A stretch of DNA of 59,106 nucleotides, taken from the NCBI GenBank assembly GCA_900549865.1, contig URPU01000001.1, forward strand, positions 1-59,106, in the 5' to 3' direction. A program made the position numbers and the translations under genes. A model generated the notes under the pieces. The model saw nothing but the letters and a program-made list of their open reading frames with translations, was not told the DNA's origin and did no database searches. Numbering within the stretch: the stretch's first letter is position 1; each line of letters begins with the position of its first letter. The DNA is from an uncultured Eubacteriales bacterium. Lineage in GTDB: Bacteria; Bacillota; Clostridia; Oscillospirales; Oscillospiraceae. Shown here one piece after another: positions 28,319 through 37,465 of this stretch.

Positions 28319-29968
28319 TCAACGCTGGCCGGTTTTGTACATAAAAGCGCTGATAAGCGATTCGCTTGTGACCCTGATGCTGTTGAGTATCGTCGCCACA
28401 GCGGCCACCACATCAATAAAAATCGCAAACCAGATGTTGCAGTAACCTATTATACTTAGAAACACCAGAATCGTTTTTACAACGAACGCGAAAACGGCGT
28501 TCTCAATGGCAATCTCGCGCATACGCCTGCATATCTGCACGGCGAACGGAAGGTTTGCAAGATACTCCGGCGTGATGAGCACGTCGGCATATTTGCCGCG
28601 CTTGCTGACACGGATATCAACGTCCGCGTCGCTGTGCGCCTCGACGCCTGTGGCATAAACGAAAAGCACCGCGCCCTTTGTGCTGTTTTTCAGCTCCGAC
28701 ACTATGCGAAGCTTCTTCGCCGTGTCGCACTCACCGTAGACCTCGCTGAAATCTGTCTCCTCGGCGATCCTGCGGCTTTCGGTATTGCCGTCCTCAGTCA
28801 GCAGCACGCATCTTGGCACGCCCGCTTCTTTCATGCTCATGGCAAGCCCGTCGGCCTCATCGTTATACTGCGAATTTATAGTAAGCCGACCGACGTATCT
28901 CCCGGCCACGGTCATGAAAAACGACTGCCCATTGCCGTCCTTATCGGCGGGAAGCGCCACTCCCCTTCCAACGAACAGCTCCCTGTTTGCAAGTACGACA
29001 TGCGCCCCGCCGATGTCCGCCTCGACCCCGTAGCCCGGAATATCGGCAAAATTCTTGACGAGTTGGAGCTGGTAATCGCTGGTGTATACGGCGGCGACAG
29101 CCCGCGCAACGGGCTGGTCGGAATAATACAGCGCGTGTGCGGCAAATGTGACAAACGTGCTGTCATCCAGTATATCGGACTGCACAGAGGCAAGCTTCGG
29201 GTTTATGCTGCAAAAAACGCCCGCATTATCAAAAACAGCGACGTCGGCATCCGCTGTCGTCTCCATAAGGGCGGCGCTGTCGAATACCACGCCGTGACGG
29301 GCGCTGAAGCACATTCCGATTATCCCAGTAAGCGGCATGGAAATGACGACGGACATGGGAGTTGCAATGAGGATAATGGTCATTGCGCGGTGCACGGAAA
29401 CGCGCAGGCTGTAATTTGTGATAATCGGCAGCGCAATGGCGTACACGACGCTGAATATCATCGCGTATTTCAGCACCTTTCCCGCGCTGTAGCCGATGAC
29501 GCCCTCAATGCTCATAGAGCCTGCGCCGTCGCGCAGGATAAGCTGCGTGATATGATCGACCGTGGCCTCATCCTGATATTGCAGCAGCTCCAGCGCGGAT
29601 CTGCGCGTGCGCTCCTCCGCATAGGCGATAAGGAGCAGCCCTATCTGATATAATACCATAAGAGCCGCTCCTTCTGCGCCGAAGCCAATCATATAGGAAA
29701 CCACGGTAACGGCAGCGACAATGACCGGAGTTGCAAAGAAATCACGCTCAGACACGCAGGAAAACGCATCAATAAGAACGTCATAGCCCGCAACGGCGGC
29801 AGAGAGGATAAGCAAAAGAACGCCCACGAAATCAGGCAGCTTATCTATGATAAGTGAGACGGCGAAGAGAACGGAAGCGCCCACAAGGCGGAATATAAGG
29901 ACGGTGTCATATGTCCCCGCTTCCCTGCCGGCGGCAGAATGCCGCGCCTGCTCAGATCCTGGACGCAT
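28319..29968 (-). CDS. Degenerate P1B-type (heavy-metal) P-type ATPase homologue lacking catalytic signatures
   Basis: 549 aa with strong RBS GGAGG. TM topology and P/N-domain-like region are recognisable, but DKTGT is DNAGV, CPC is TPM, SEHP is SDQP, GDGxND is ATGVEAHSD, and the actuator domain with TGES is absent. Confidence 0.6.
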   Translation of the reverse strand: MRPGSEQARHSAAGREAGTYDTVLIFRLVGASVLFAVSLIIDKLPDFVGVLLLILSAAVAGYDVLIDAFSCVSERDFFATPVIVAAVTVVSYMIGFGAEGAALMVLYQIGLLLIAYAEERTRRSALELLQYQDEATVDHITQLILRDGAGSMSIEGVIGYSAGKVLKYAMIFSVVYAIALPIITNYSLRVSVHRAMTIILIATPMSVVISMPLTGIIGMCFSARHGVVFDSAALMETTADADVAVFDNAGVFCSINPKLASVQSDILDDSTFVTFAAHALYYSDQPVARAVAAVYTSDYQLQLVKNFADIPGYGVEADIGGAHVVLANRELFVGRGVALPADKDGNGQSFFMTVAGRYVGRLTINSQYNDEADGLAMSMKEAGVPRCVLLTEDGNTESRRIAEETDFSEVYGECDTAKKLRIVSELKNSTKGAVLFVYATGVEAHSDADVDIRVSKRGKYADVLITPEYLANLPFAVQICRRMREIAIENAVFAFVVKTILVFLSIIGYCNIWFAIFIDVVAAVATILNSIRVTSESLISAFMYKTGQR

Positions 29969-30022
29969 CTTTTACCTCCTCACGTTTGTCGCTGAATCAT
30001 ATGCCGTTTTAATTTGGAATTA

Positions 30023-30958
30023 TTATGCCTTTCCGTCGCAGCCGAGAACATCGACCAGCTTGTGCTTGACCATGTCCTTGATGGCGGTGCGGGCCGGAGC
30101 CAGGTACTGGCGCGGGTCGAAATGCTCGGGATGCTCGTTGAAGTACTTGCGGATGGAGGCGGTCATTGCAAGACGCAGGTCGGAGTCGATGTTGATCTTG
30201 CAGACAGCCATGGAAGCCGCCTTGCGGAGCTGATCCTCGGGAACGCCGATGGCGCCGGGCATCTTGCCGCCGTTCTCGTTGATGATCTTGACGAATTCCT
30301 GAGGAACGGAGGAGGAGCCGTGGAGAACTATCGGGAAGCCGGGCAGGCGCTTTTCGACTTCTTCAAGGATGTCGAATCTGAGGTGGGGATCCGTGCCGGG
30401 CTTGAACTTGTATGCGCCGTGGGAGGTACCGATGGCGATAGCCAGAGAGTCGCAGCCGGTGCGCTCAACAAATTCCTGAACGTCCTCGGGTCTGGTGTAG
30501 GAACTGTCCTCTGCGGAGACGTTGACCTCATCCTCAATGCCGGCAAGAGTGCCAAGCTCGGCCTCGACAACGACGCCGTGGTCATGCGCGTACTCGACGA
30601 CCTTGCGGGTGATGGCGATGTTCTCATCAAAGGGCTTGGAGGAAGCGTCTATCATAACGGAGGTAAAGCCGCCGTCAATGCAGGACTTGCAAAGCTCAAA
30701 GTCGCTGCCGTGGTCGAGGTGGAGCGCGATGGGCAGGCCGGTCTCGATGATAGCGGCCTCGACGAGCTTGACAAGGTAAGTATGGTTTGCATAAGCGCGG
30801 GCACCCTTGGAAACCTGAAGGATCAACGGTGCGTTGACTTCCTTGGCTGCCTCGGTAATACCCTGAACGATCTCCATGTTGTTGACGTTGAAAGCGCCGA
30901 TAGCATAGCCGCCCTTGTAGGCCTTTTCAAACATTTCCTTGGTTGTTACCAGTGGCAT
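30023..30958 (-). CDS. fba: Fructose-1,6-bisphosphate aldolase, class II
   Basis: MPLVTTKEMFEKAYKGGYAIGAFNVNNME, LHLDHG, HGSSSVPQ. Confidence 0.95.
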   Translation of the reverse strand: MPLVTTKEMFEKAYKGGYAIGAFNVNNMEIVQGITEAAKEVNAPLILQVSKGARAYANHTYLVKLVEAAIIETGLPIALHLDHGSDFELCKSCIDGGFTSVMIDASSKPFDENIAITRKVVEYAHDHGVVVEAELGTLAGIEDEVNVSAEDSSYTRPEDVQEFVERTGCDSLAIAIGTSHGAYKFKPGTDPHLRFDILEEVEKRLPGFPIVLHGSSSVPQEFVKIINENGGKMPGAIGVPEDQLRKAASMAVCKINIDSDLRLAMTASIRKYFNEHPEHFDPRQYLAPARTAIKDMVKHKLVDVLGCDGKA

Positions 30959-31108
30959 TATTAAAATCTCCCTTACAGTTTATTAATTTTGTACATTTAG
31001 CATATTTACAAAATTTCATTTATATTATATCCTCAAATATGGATATAATCAATGCGCACAATAAACAAAACAGCAAAAATTTTATCGCATTACGGAGGAA
31101 GAAAAATA

Positions 31109-32350
31109 ATGAGCAAAAAACTTGTCGGTGCATGTATTTTCGGGCAGTCGGGCGGACCGACGGCCGTTATCAACGCCAGCGCTTACGGCGTTATCAAGAC
31201 CGCGCTTGACGCGGATGAGATAACGAAGGTCTATGGCGCGGCCAACGGCATAAAGGGCGTCCTTGACGACAAGCTGTACGTCATGGATGAGGAGGACCCC
31301 GAAGAGCTCAAGCTGCTGCTCAACACGCCGTCTTCCGAGCTTGGCTCCTGCCGCTACAAGATCGCAGACCCCGAGAAGGACGACACCGATTACAAGCGCA
31401 TCCTTGAGATATTCAAGAAGTACGATGTGAGATACTTCTTCTACAACGGCGGCAACGACTCCATGGATACCTGCAACAAGATAAGCCGCTACATGGAATC
31501 CGTCGGCTACGAGTGCCGCGTGATGGGCGTGCCCAAGACCATCGACAACGACCTTTTCGGCACCGACCACTGCCCCGGCTTTGCAAGCGCCGCGAAGTAT
31601 ATCGCCACGTCCTGCATGGAGATAAACAAGGATGCCAGAGTTTATGACAACGGCATGATCACCGTGGTCGAGATAATGGGCCGCCATGCTGGCTGGCTTG
31701 CCGCCAGCGCCGCGCTCGCTTCCGCGTTCGGCTCCGGCCCGGATCTCATTTACCTCCCTGAGTGCGACTTCGACATGGACAAGTTCCTCAGCGATGTTGA
31801 CGAAATATACAAGAAGAACGGCAAGGTCCTCGTCGCTGTTTCCGAGGGCATCCACTACGCCGACGGCAGCTTTGTTTCCGAGGCGAAGACCTCCGCGACA
31901 GACGGCTTCGGCCATGCGCAGCTCGGCGGCCTCGCCGTTATGCTTGCACAGCGCCTGAAAGAGCACACCGGCGCGAAGGTGCGCGGCATTGAGCTCAGCC
32001 TGCTCCAGCGCTGCGGTGCGCATCTCGCCTCCCTGACCGATATCGAAGAAGCATACACTGCCGGCGAGACTGCCGTCAAGGAAGCCGTCAACGGCGTCAC
32101 TGGGCAGATGGTCGCGTTCGAGCGCGAGACGGTGGACGGCAAGTACAGCTGCAAGTGCAAGCTCATTCCCCTCTCCGAGGTCGCAAACTACGAGAAGAAG
32201 GTTCCGCTGGAGTGGATAAACGAGACCGAGAACGGCCTCAAGGACGAGTTCATCGACTACGTTCTGCCTCTCATTCAGGGCGAGCCGGAGCTTCCGCTTG
32301 AGAATTCCCTGCCCAGATACGCACGTCTCAAGAAGGTCATCGCAAAGTAA
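31109..32350 (+). CDS. pfp: Phosphofructokinase, probably PPi-dependent (diphosphate--fructose-6-phosphate 1-phosphotransferase)
   Basis: GQSGGPTAVINAS, GGNDS (Asp at the position associated with PPi use), PKTIDND, MGRHAGW. RBS GGAGG upstream of the ATG at 31109. Confidence 0.8.
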   Translation: MSKKLVGACIFGQSGGPTAVINASAYGVIKTALDADEITKVYGAANGIKGVLDDKLYVMDEEDPEELKLLLNTPSSELGSCRYKIADPEKDDTDYKRILEIFKKYDVRYFFYNGGNDSMDTCNKISRYMESVGYECRVMGVPKTIDNDLFGTDHCPGFASAAKYIATSCMEINKDARVYDNGMITVVEIMGRHAGWLAASAALASAFGSGPDLIYLPECDFDMDKFLSDVDEIYKKNGKVLVAVSEGIHYADGSFVSEAKTSATDGFGHAQLGGLAVMLAQRLKEHTGAKVRGIELSLLQRCGAHLASLTDIEEAYTAGETAVKEAVNGVTGQMVAFERETVDGKYSCKCKLIPLSEVANYEKKVPLEWINETENGLKDEFIDYVLPLIQGEPELPLENSLPRYARLKKVIAK

Positions 32351-32356
32351 GACCGC

Positions 32357-32393
32357 AACGGCATACCGCATATAAAATGCGGTATGCCGTTTT
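32357..32393 (+). terminator. Rho-independent terminator after pfp
   Basis: AACGGCATACCGCAT-ataaa-ATGCGGTATGCCGTT followed by TT. Confidence 0.75.
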
Positions 32394-32454
32394 ATATGCC
32401 CTATCCATTACGCTTTGTAATGAATGATATTAGCATTTTCACCAAATGCAGGTG

Positions 32455-32482
32455 TTGACTTTTGTGCAACATGTGCTATAAT
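32455..32482 (+). promoter_or_regulatory. Sigma-A-type promoter of the liv-type ABC operon
   Basis: TTGACT-16 nt-TATAAT with extended -10 TGcTATAAT. Confidence 0.55.
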
Positions 32483-32493
32483 TCGACCATCGC

Positions 32494-32535
32494 AAGGGCG
32501 CGAGGCTGAGAGGTCTCGCGCCCTTTCCTGTTTTT
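32494..32535 (+). terminator. Promoter-proximal terminator-like hairpin (candidate attenuator) in the liv leader
   Basis: AAGGGCGCGAG ... CTCGCGCCCTT 11-bp GC-rich stem followed by TCCTGTTTTTA. Starts about 5-10 nt after the predicted TSS. Confidence 0.5.
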
Positions 32536-32612
32536 ATCGGGGATGTCCGGCTATGCGGAAGAATTAAAGCGCCGCGCACGGACAGCGAAAACAAAAAGAG
32601 GAGGAAAATAAA

Positions 32613-33824
32613 ATGAAAAGAAAGTCTTTGTTGTGCCTGACGCTTGTATTGTGCATGATGCTCAGCCTCGCGGCCTGCGGCAGTGCAGGGAGTGCCGGTT
32701 CCGCTGCCGGAAGCGCGGACGCCGGTGATCCCGACGGCAAGATAGTCATCGGCGTCATTTCCCCGAACACCGGCGCGCTTGCCGCATACGGCAACGGCGT
32801 TGTTACCGGCACTGACCTCGCTGTGGAAGAGATAAACGCATCCGGCGGCATTCTCGGCCGTCAGGTAGAGCTTATAAAGACCGACGACCAGAGCGACCCG
32901 ACAGAATGCCTGAACGCGTTCAACTCGCTCGTCGCGCAGGGCGTCGGACTGATAGTCGGCTCGGCCACGTCGGGCTGCACCTCCGCAATAACCGACGCGG
33001 CAAATGAAGAAGAGGTCTGCCTCCTCTCACCCACCGCAACTGCCGACTCCATCACCACTGAGGACGACTATGTGTTCCGCGCATGCTACGCCGACAGCTT
33101 CCAGGGCGCTATCGCGGCGGCCTATGCAAAGCAGGCGGGATTTGAAAAGGCCGGCGTTGTCTACTGCGCCGCGGACGTTTACTCCAAGGGGCTTTACGAC
33201 TCCTTCTCCGCCGCATGTGAGAAATACGGCATTGAGATAGTCGATGCACAGTCCACCGCGTCTCTCGACGTGCAGGACTACACCAACCAGTTTGCCGCAA
33301 TGGTGAAGGCCGGTGTTGACTTCGTGTACGCCCCCTTCTACTACGACGTTATCGGCCCATATGTTGTGCCGCAGGCGCGTGCAGCCGGTTACACCGGAGT
33401 TATCATGGGCGCTGACGGCTACGACACCACGCCTGACTATGTCGTTGACGGCGCAGACCTGACGGCATTCAACAAGGTGTACTGGACGAACCACTATGAC
33501 CCCTCCGATACGTCCGAGAAGGTCTCTTCCTTCGTCAAGGCATATGAGGCCAAGTACAGCACAGTTCCCAGCGCTTTCGCAGCAACAGGCTATGACTGCG
33601 TTTACATGTACAAGGCCGCGATCGAGGCGGCCGGTACGGCGGAATCCTCCGCGGTGCGCGATGCGCTTGCCGATACCTCGGCCGTATATGAGTGCGTGAC
33701 CGGCACATTCTCCCTCGACGAGACCGGCACCCCCATAAAGGGAGCGGCTATCATCGCCTTTGAATCCGACGGTTCAACCGTCGCATCGAAGCTCCTCGAC
33801 GTCGTCTCCGAGCTTCCCGCATAA
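32613..33824 (+). CDS. Branched-chain amino-acid ABC transporter substrate-binding lipoprotein (LivJ/K-like)
   Basis: Lipobox LSLAACGS, type-1 periplasmic-binding fold pattern. First gene of the livHMGF cluster. Confidence 0.85.
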   Translation: MKRKSLLCLTLVLCMMLSLAACGSAGSAGSAAGSADAGDPDGKIVIGVISPNTGALAAYGNGVVTGTDLAVEEINASGGILGRQVELIKTDDQSDPTECLNAFNSLVAQGVGLIVGSATSGCTSAITDAANEEEVCLLSPTATADSITTEDDYVFRACYADSFQGAIAAAYAKQAGFEKAGVVYCAADVYSKGLYDSFSAACEKYGIEIVDAQSTASLDVQDYTNQFAAMVKAGVDFVYAPFYYDVIGPYVVPQARAAGYTGVIMGADGYDTTPDYVVDGADLTAFNKVYWTNHYDPSDTSEKVSSFVKAYEAKYSTVPSAFAATGYDCVYMYKAAIEAAGTAESSAVRDALADTSAVYECVTGTFSLDETGTPIKGAAIIAFESDGSTVASKLLDVVSELPA

Positions 33825-33836
33825 ACGCATTTCCGC

Positions 33837-33866
33837 TTACAGAGCCGTGAAAACGGCTCTGTAAGA
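33837..33866 (+). other. Intercistronic hairpin between the binding-protein and permease genes
   Basis: CTTACAGAGCCGT-gaaa-ACGGCTCTGTAAG 13-bp stem with no T-run. Probably a partial terminator or mRNA stabiliser. Confidence 0.5.
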
Positions 33867-33920
33867 ATTAACGGCGGCTTTCATGCTCATGCCGCAAAAC
33901 ATACAGAGAGGGTGTGCGCT

Positions 33921-34817
33921 GTGAACACATTTTTTCAGACGCTTATAGTCGGCCTGCGATTGGGCAGCATTTATGCGCTGATCGCGTTGGGCTACACAAT
34001 GGTATACGGAATAATCCGCCTTATAAACTTTGCCCATGGCGATTTTATCATGGTGGGCGGCTACACGATGATCTTCGCGGCCCCGGCGGCGCTGGCTCTC
34101 GGGCTTCCGGCATGGGCGGCGGTTGCCGCGGCCATAATCGTATGCGTGCTTGTCGGCATGGCGACGGAGCTTATCGCATACCGCCCCGTGCGCAAAAAAG
34201 GCACGGCCATGACCGCGCTTATAACCGCGATCGCAATGAGCCTGTTTCTTGAAAACCTGGCGCAGGCCATCCCGGCGATAGGCCCCAACCCCAAGGTCGC
34301 AAGCCAGATGTTTGCCGCGGGCGGCATAAGCATAGGCACGGTGACGATGGAATACACGACGATAATCACGATCGTTATAAGCGCCGTCGTTATGACAGTG
34401 CTTTATGAATTCACACAGAAAACAAGGCTTGGCCGGGCGATGCGCTGCGTTTCGGAGGACAAGGCCGCCGCGACGCTCATGGGCATAAACGTCAACCACA
34501 CTATTTTGCTGACCTTCGCCATCGGCTCCGGCCTCGCGGCCATCGCGGCGCTGATGTACATGGCGCAGTACCCGAAGGTATATACGACGATGGGTTCTCT
34601 TCTCGGCCTGAAGGCGTTCGTGTCCGCCGTCCTCGGCGGCATAGGCATCATACCGGGGGCTGTCCTCGGCGGCATCGTGATTGGTCTCATAGAATCGTTC
34701 ACGACGAGCTATATATCCTCCAGCATGGCAGACACCTTCGTGTTCCTCATACTTATAATTGTCCTTATCATCAAGCCCGCCGGTATTCTGGGCAGAAACG
34801 CAGGTGAAAAGGTATGA
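33921..34817 (+). CDS. livH: Branched-chain amino-acid ABC transporter permease (LivH-like)
   Basis: NTFFQTLIVGLRLGSIYALIALGYTMVYG, INFAHGD. GTG at 33921 has GAGAGGG 8 nt upstream; an alternative GTG lies at 33912. Confidence 0.85.
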   Translation: MNTFFQTLIVGLRLGSIYALIALGYTMVYGIIRLINFAHGDFIMVGGYTMIFAAPAALALGLPAWAAVAAAIIVCVLVGMATELIAYRPVRKKGTAMTALITAIAMSLFLENLAQAIPAIGPNPKVASQMFAAGGISIGTVTMEYTTIITIVISAVVMTVLYEFTQKTRLGRAMRCVSEDKAAATLMGINVNHTILLTFAIGSGLAAIAALMYMAQYPKVYTTMGSLLGLKAFVSAVLGGIGIIPGAVLGGIVIGLIESFTTSYISSSMADTFVFLILIIVLIIKPAGILGRNAGEKV

Positions 34818-35965
34818 AAAAAAGCAAGACCGCGCGCGGATATTTCCTTAATACCGCCGTTATCGTGATATTGTTCACCGTTTTTCAGTTTATAACCGAG
34901 GCTTACGGCGGCAGCAGCTCATTCAAGCTTGTGCTTGCGCCATGCCTGTGGCAGTGCTGCTACCTCATCATTCTGGCCGCCTCGCTCAACCTCGTGCTCG
35001 GCTTTCTGGGGCAGCTTTCACTTGGGCACTGCGGCTTCATGGCCATCGGCGCATATACTGCGGCGCTCATAAGCCTTGCCTGTGAGCGCGCGGGAGTATT
35101 TGAATCGCAAAAGGGCGCGGCATTCATTCTTGTGCTGTTCGGCTGCATTCTGGCCGCGGGGCTGCTGGCCGCGCTGGTCGGGCTGCTGCTGGGCATACCG
35201 GCGCTGCGCCTCAAGGGCGACTATCTTGCAATAATCACGCTGGGCTTCGGCATGATAATCGTCAATATAATCAACAACCTCCCTTTCTGCGGGCAGGACG
35301 GACTTGCGCTCGGTTCCGCCGCGGCGTCGCTGTACAAAAACGGTCTCGGCTTCGGCAGCAAGGGCAAGGTGACGTATCTGTGGGCTGCGCTGCTTGTGAC
35401 GATAATATGCCTGACGCTCATGTTCATGTTCGTCCGCTCGAAATACGGGCGCGCCATACGCGCCATACGCGATGACGAGATTGCCGCGTCCGCCTCCGGG
35501 ATAAACACCTCTTTTTACAAGGTGCTGACCTTCGTCTACTCGGCATTCTTCGCGGGCATTGCCGGTGCACTGTACGCCTGCGCGAACGCGACGCTTTCCA
35601 CGGCTTCCTTCGCCTTTACAAACGGCGGCATTCTGAATTCCACCTTCGTGGTCGTCATGGTCGTGCTGGGCGGCATGGGGTCAATGACTGGCTCCGTCGT
35701 GGCCGCGGTGATAATGTTCCTTGTGAACTATGAGATCAAAAACGGCGCATGGGTCGCGGCCCTGCCCGCCTCGGTGAGCGGCGTGTTCGAGTACCCCATG
35801 CTCGTGTACGCGCTGGTGCTCATCGTGGTGATAATGTTCCGGCCCAAGGGCATATTCGGAACCTATGAGTTTTCTCTGCAAAATCTTATCCCCGATATAA
35901 AGGCGGCGCACGCGGCGCGCGCCGCGGCGAAAGCGGAACGGAAGGAGGCGGAAAGCCATGGCTGA
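34814..35965 (+). CDS. livM: Branched-chain amino-acid ABC transporter permease (LivM-like)
   Basis: LNLVLGFLGQLSLGHCGFMAIGAYT, multi-TM. Overlaps the livH stop. Confidence 0.85.
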   Translation: MKKSKTARGYFLNTAVIVILFTVFQFITEAYGGSSSFKLVLAPCLWQCCYLIILAASLNLVLGFLGQLSLGHCGFMAIGAYTAALISLACERAGVFESQKGAAFILVLFGCILAAGLLAALVGLLLGIPALRLKGDYLAIITLGFGMIIVNIINNLPFCGQDGLALGSAAASLYKNGLGFGSKGKVTYLWAALLVTIICLTLMFMFVRSKYGRAIRAIRDDEIAASASGINTSFYKVLTFVYSAFFAGIAGALYACANATLSTASFAFTNGGILNSTFVVVMVVLGGMGSMTGSVVAAVIMFLVNYEIKNGAWVAALPASVSGVFEYPMLVYALVLIVVIMFRPKGIFGTYEFSLQNLIPDIKAAHAARAAAKAERKEAESHG

Positions 35966-36734
35966 GACCGAGAGAGTGCCTGTGCTTGAAACCAGAAAGC
36001 TCGGCATAAGCTTCGGCGGCCTGAAGGCCGTCAACGACTTCAACATCAAGATATATGAGGGCGAGCTTATCGGTCTTATCGGGCCGAACGGTGCGGGCAA
36101 GACGACGGTATTCAACCTTCTCACGGGCGTATACGTGCCGACGGAGGGCACCGTGATGCTCAACGGCGTGCCCCTCAACGGGAAAAAAACATATCAGTTC
36201 GTGCACGCCGGAATAGCGCGCACGTTCCAGAACATACGCCTTTTCCGCGATATGAGCGTTATCGAAAACGTAAAGGCTGCATTTACAAAAGATATCGACT
36301 ATAACCTTTTTGACGCAAGCCTGCGCACGCCGCGCTTCTGGCGCGCGGAAAAGGAGGCGGAGGAAAAGGCCATGGAGCTTCTGCACCTGTGCCATCTGGA
36401 CGACGCGGCAGATCTGCCCGCCTCCGGCCTGCCCTACGGCCGCCAGCGCAAGCTGGAGATCGCCCGCGCGCTTGCCACCGACATGAAGGTGCTGCTTCTG
36501 GACGAACCGGCCGCCGGCATGAACCCGACCGAGACCGCGGAGCTGCTTGAGTGCATAAATACCATCCGCAGCACCTTCGGCGTGGCGATACTGCTTATCG
36601 AGCACGACATGTCGCTTGTCATGAACGTGTGCGAGCGTATTCAGGTCATCGACTACGGCCAGACGATAGCCTCCGGACTGCCGGAAGAGATAACAAGAAA
36701 CCCGCGCGTCGTCGCGGCGTATCTGGGCGAATAA
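35958..36734 (+). CDS. livG: Branched-chain amino-acid ABC transporter ATP-binding protein (LivG-like)
   Basis: GLIGPNGAGKTT, LPYGRQRKLEIARAL, LLLDEPAAG. Confidence 0.9.
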   Translation: MAETERVPVLETRKLGISFGGLKAVNDFNIKIYEGELIGLIGPNGAGKTTVFNLLTGVYVPTEGTVMLNGVPLNGKKTYQFVHAGIARTFQNIRLFRDMSVIENVKAAFTKDIDYNLFDASLRTPRFWRAEKEAEEKAMELLHLCHLDDAADLPASGLPYGRQRKLEIARALATDMKVLLLDEPAAGMNPTETAELLECINTIRSTFGVAILLIEHDMSLVMNVCERIQVIDYGQTIASGLPEEITRNPRVVAAYLGE

Positions 36735-36748
36735 AAGGGGTGAGGCAA

Positions 36749-37453
36749 ATGCTTGAAATAAAGGATCTGAATGTGTTTTACGGCGCTGTGCACGCGATAA
36801 AGGGCATCACTCTAAGCGTTGCGCAGGGTGAGCTCGTCTCGCTCATCGGGGCGAACGGCGCGGGCAAGACAACGACACTGCACGCGATATCCGGCCTTAT
36901 CCCGGCTTCATCCGGCACGATAGAGCTTGACGGGAAAAACCTGCAAAAGGTGTCTCCGGACAAGATAATCTCGCTGGGGCTTTCGCATGTGCCGGAGGGC
37001 CGCCATGTGTTCGCGCGCATGACGGTCGAAGAGAACCTGCGCATGGGCGCATATATCATAAAGGATCAGGCGCGGATAAACGAAAATCTTGAAAAGGTCT
37101 ACGGGCATTTCCCGCGCCTTAAGGAGCGCCGCCGCCAGCTTGCCGGAACACTCTCCGGCGGCGAGCAGCAGATGCTTGCAACGGGGCGCGCGCTTATGAC
37201 CGACCCACAGATCGTGCTCATGGACGAGCCGTCCATGGGGCTTTCCCCGCTTCTGGTGAAGGAGATATTCGCCATTATCCAGCAGCTTCACGAATCGGGC
37301 ATCACCATACTTCTTGTCGAGCAGAACGCGAAAATGGCGCTGGCCGTGTCCGACAGGGCTTACGTGCTTGAGACCGGGAAGATATCCATGTCCGGCAAGG
37401 CGTCTGAGCTTGCCGAGGACGACCGGGTGCGCAAGGCGTATCTCGGCGCATGA
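36749..37453 (+). CDS. livF: Branched-chain amino-acid ABC transporter ATP-binding protein (LivF-like)
   Basis: MLEIKDLNVFYG, GANGAGKTT, LSGGEQQMLATGRAL, LMDEPS. The ORF-track start at 36551 is an upstream in-frame extension overlapping livG. Confidence 0.9.
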   Translation: MLEIKDLNVFYGAVHAIKGITLSVAQGELVSLIGANGAGKTTTLHAISGLIPASSGTIELDGKNLQKVSPDKIISLGLSHVPEGRHVFARMTVEENLRMGAYIIKDQARINENLEKVYGHFPRLKERRRQLAGTLSGGEQQMLATGRALMTDPQIVLMDEPSMGLSPLLVKEIFAIIQQLHESGITILLVEQNAKMALAVSDRAYVLETGKISMSGKASELAEDDRVRKAYLGA

Positions 37454-37465
37454 GGGAGGAAGAAC

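Noticed and set aside
27032-30023. Recombinase plus degenerate ATPase as an integrated genomic island.
   Set aside because: By eye there are no flanking direct repeats, no tRNA target, no obvious compositional break and no other mobile-element genes. It cannot be supported without comparison to related genomes.
32434-32448. CodY box upstream of the liv promoter.
   Set aside because: The match to AATTTTCWGAAAATT is only 11/15. It is mentioned within the leader finding but is not strong enough to annotate as a site.
36551-36748. N-terminal extension of livF in the ORF track. The same applies to 49764..50129 for the ABC ATPase, 51843..52043 for the binding protein, 58888..59058 for murD, 31052..31108 for pfp and 17723..17773 for ruvC.
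   Set aside because: The extensions overlap upstream genes, terminators or RNA elements and lack an RBS. Internal starts have proper SD sequences and match family N-termini.
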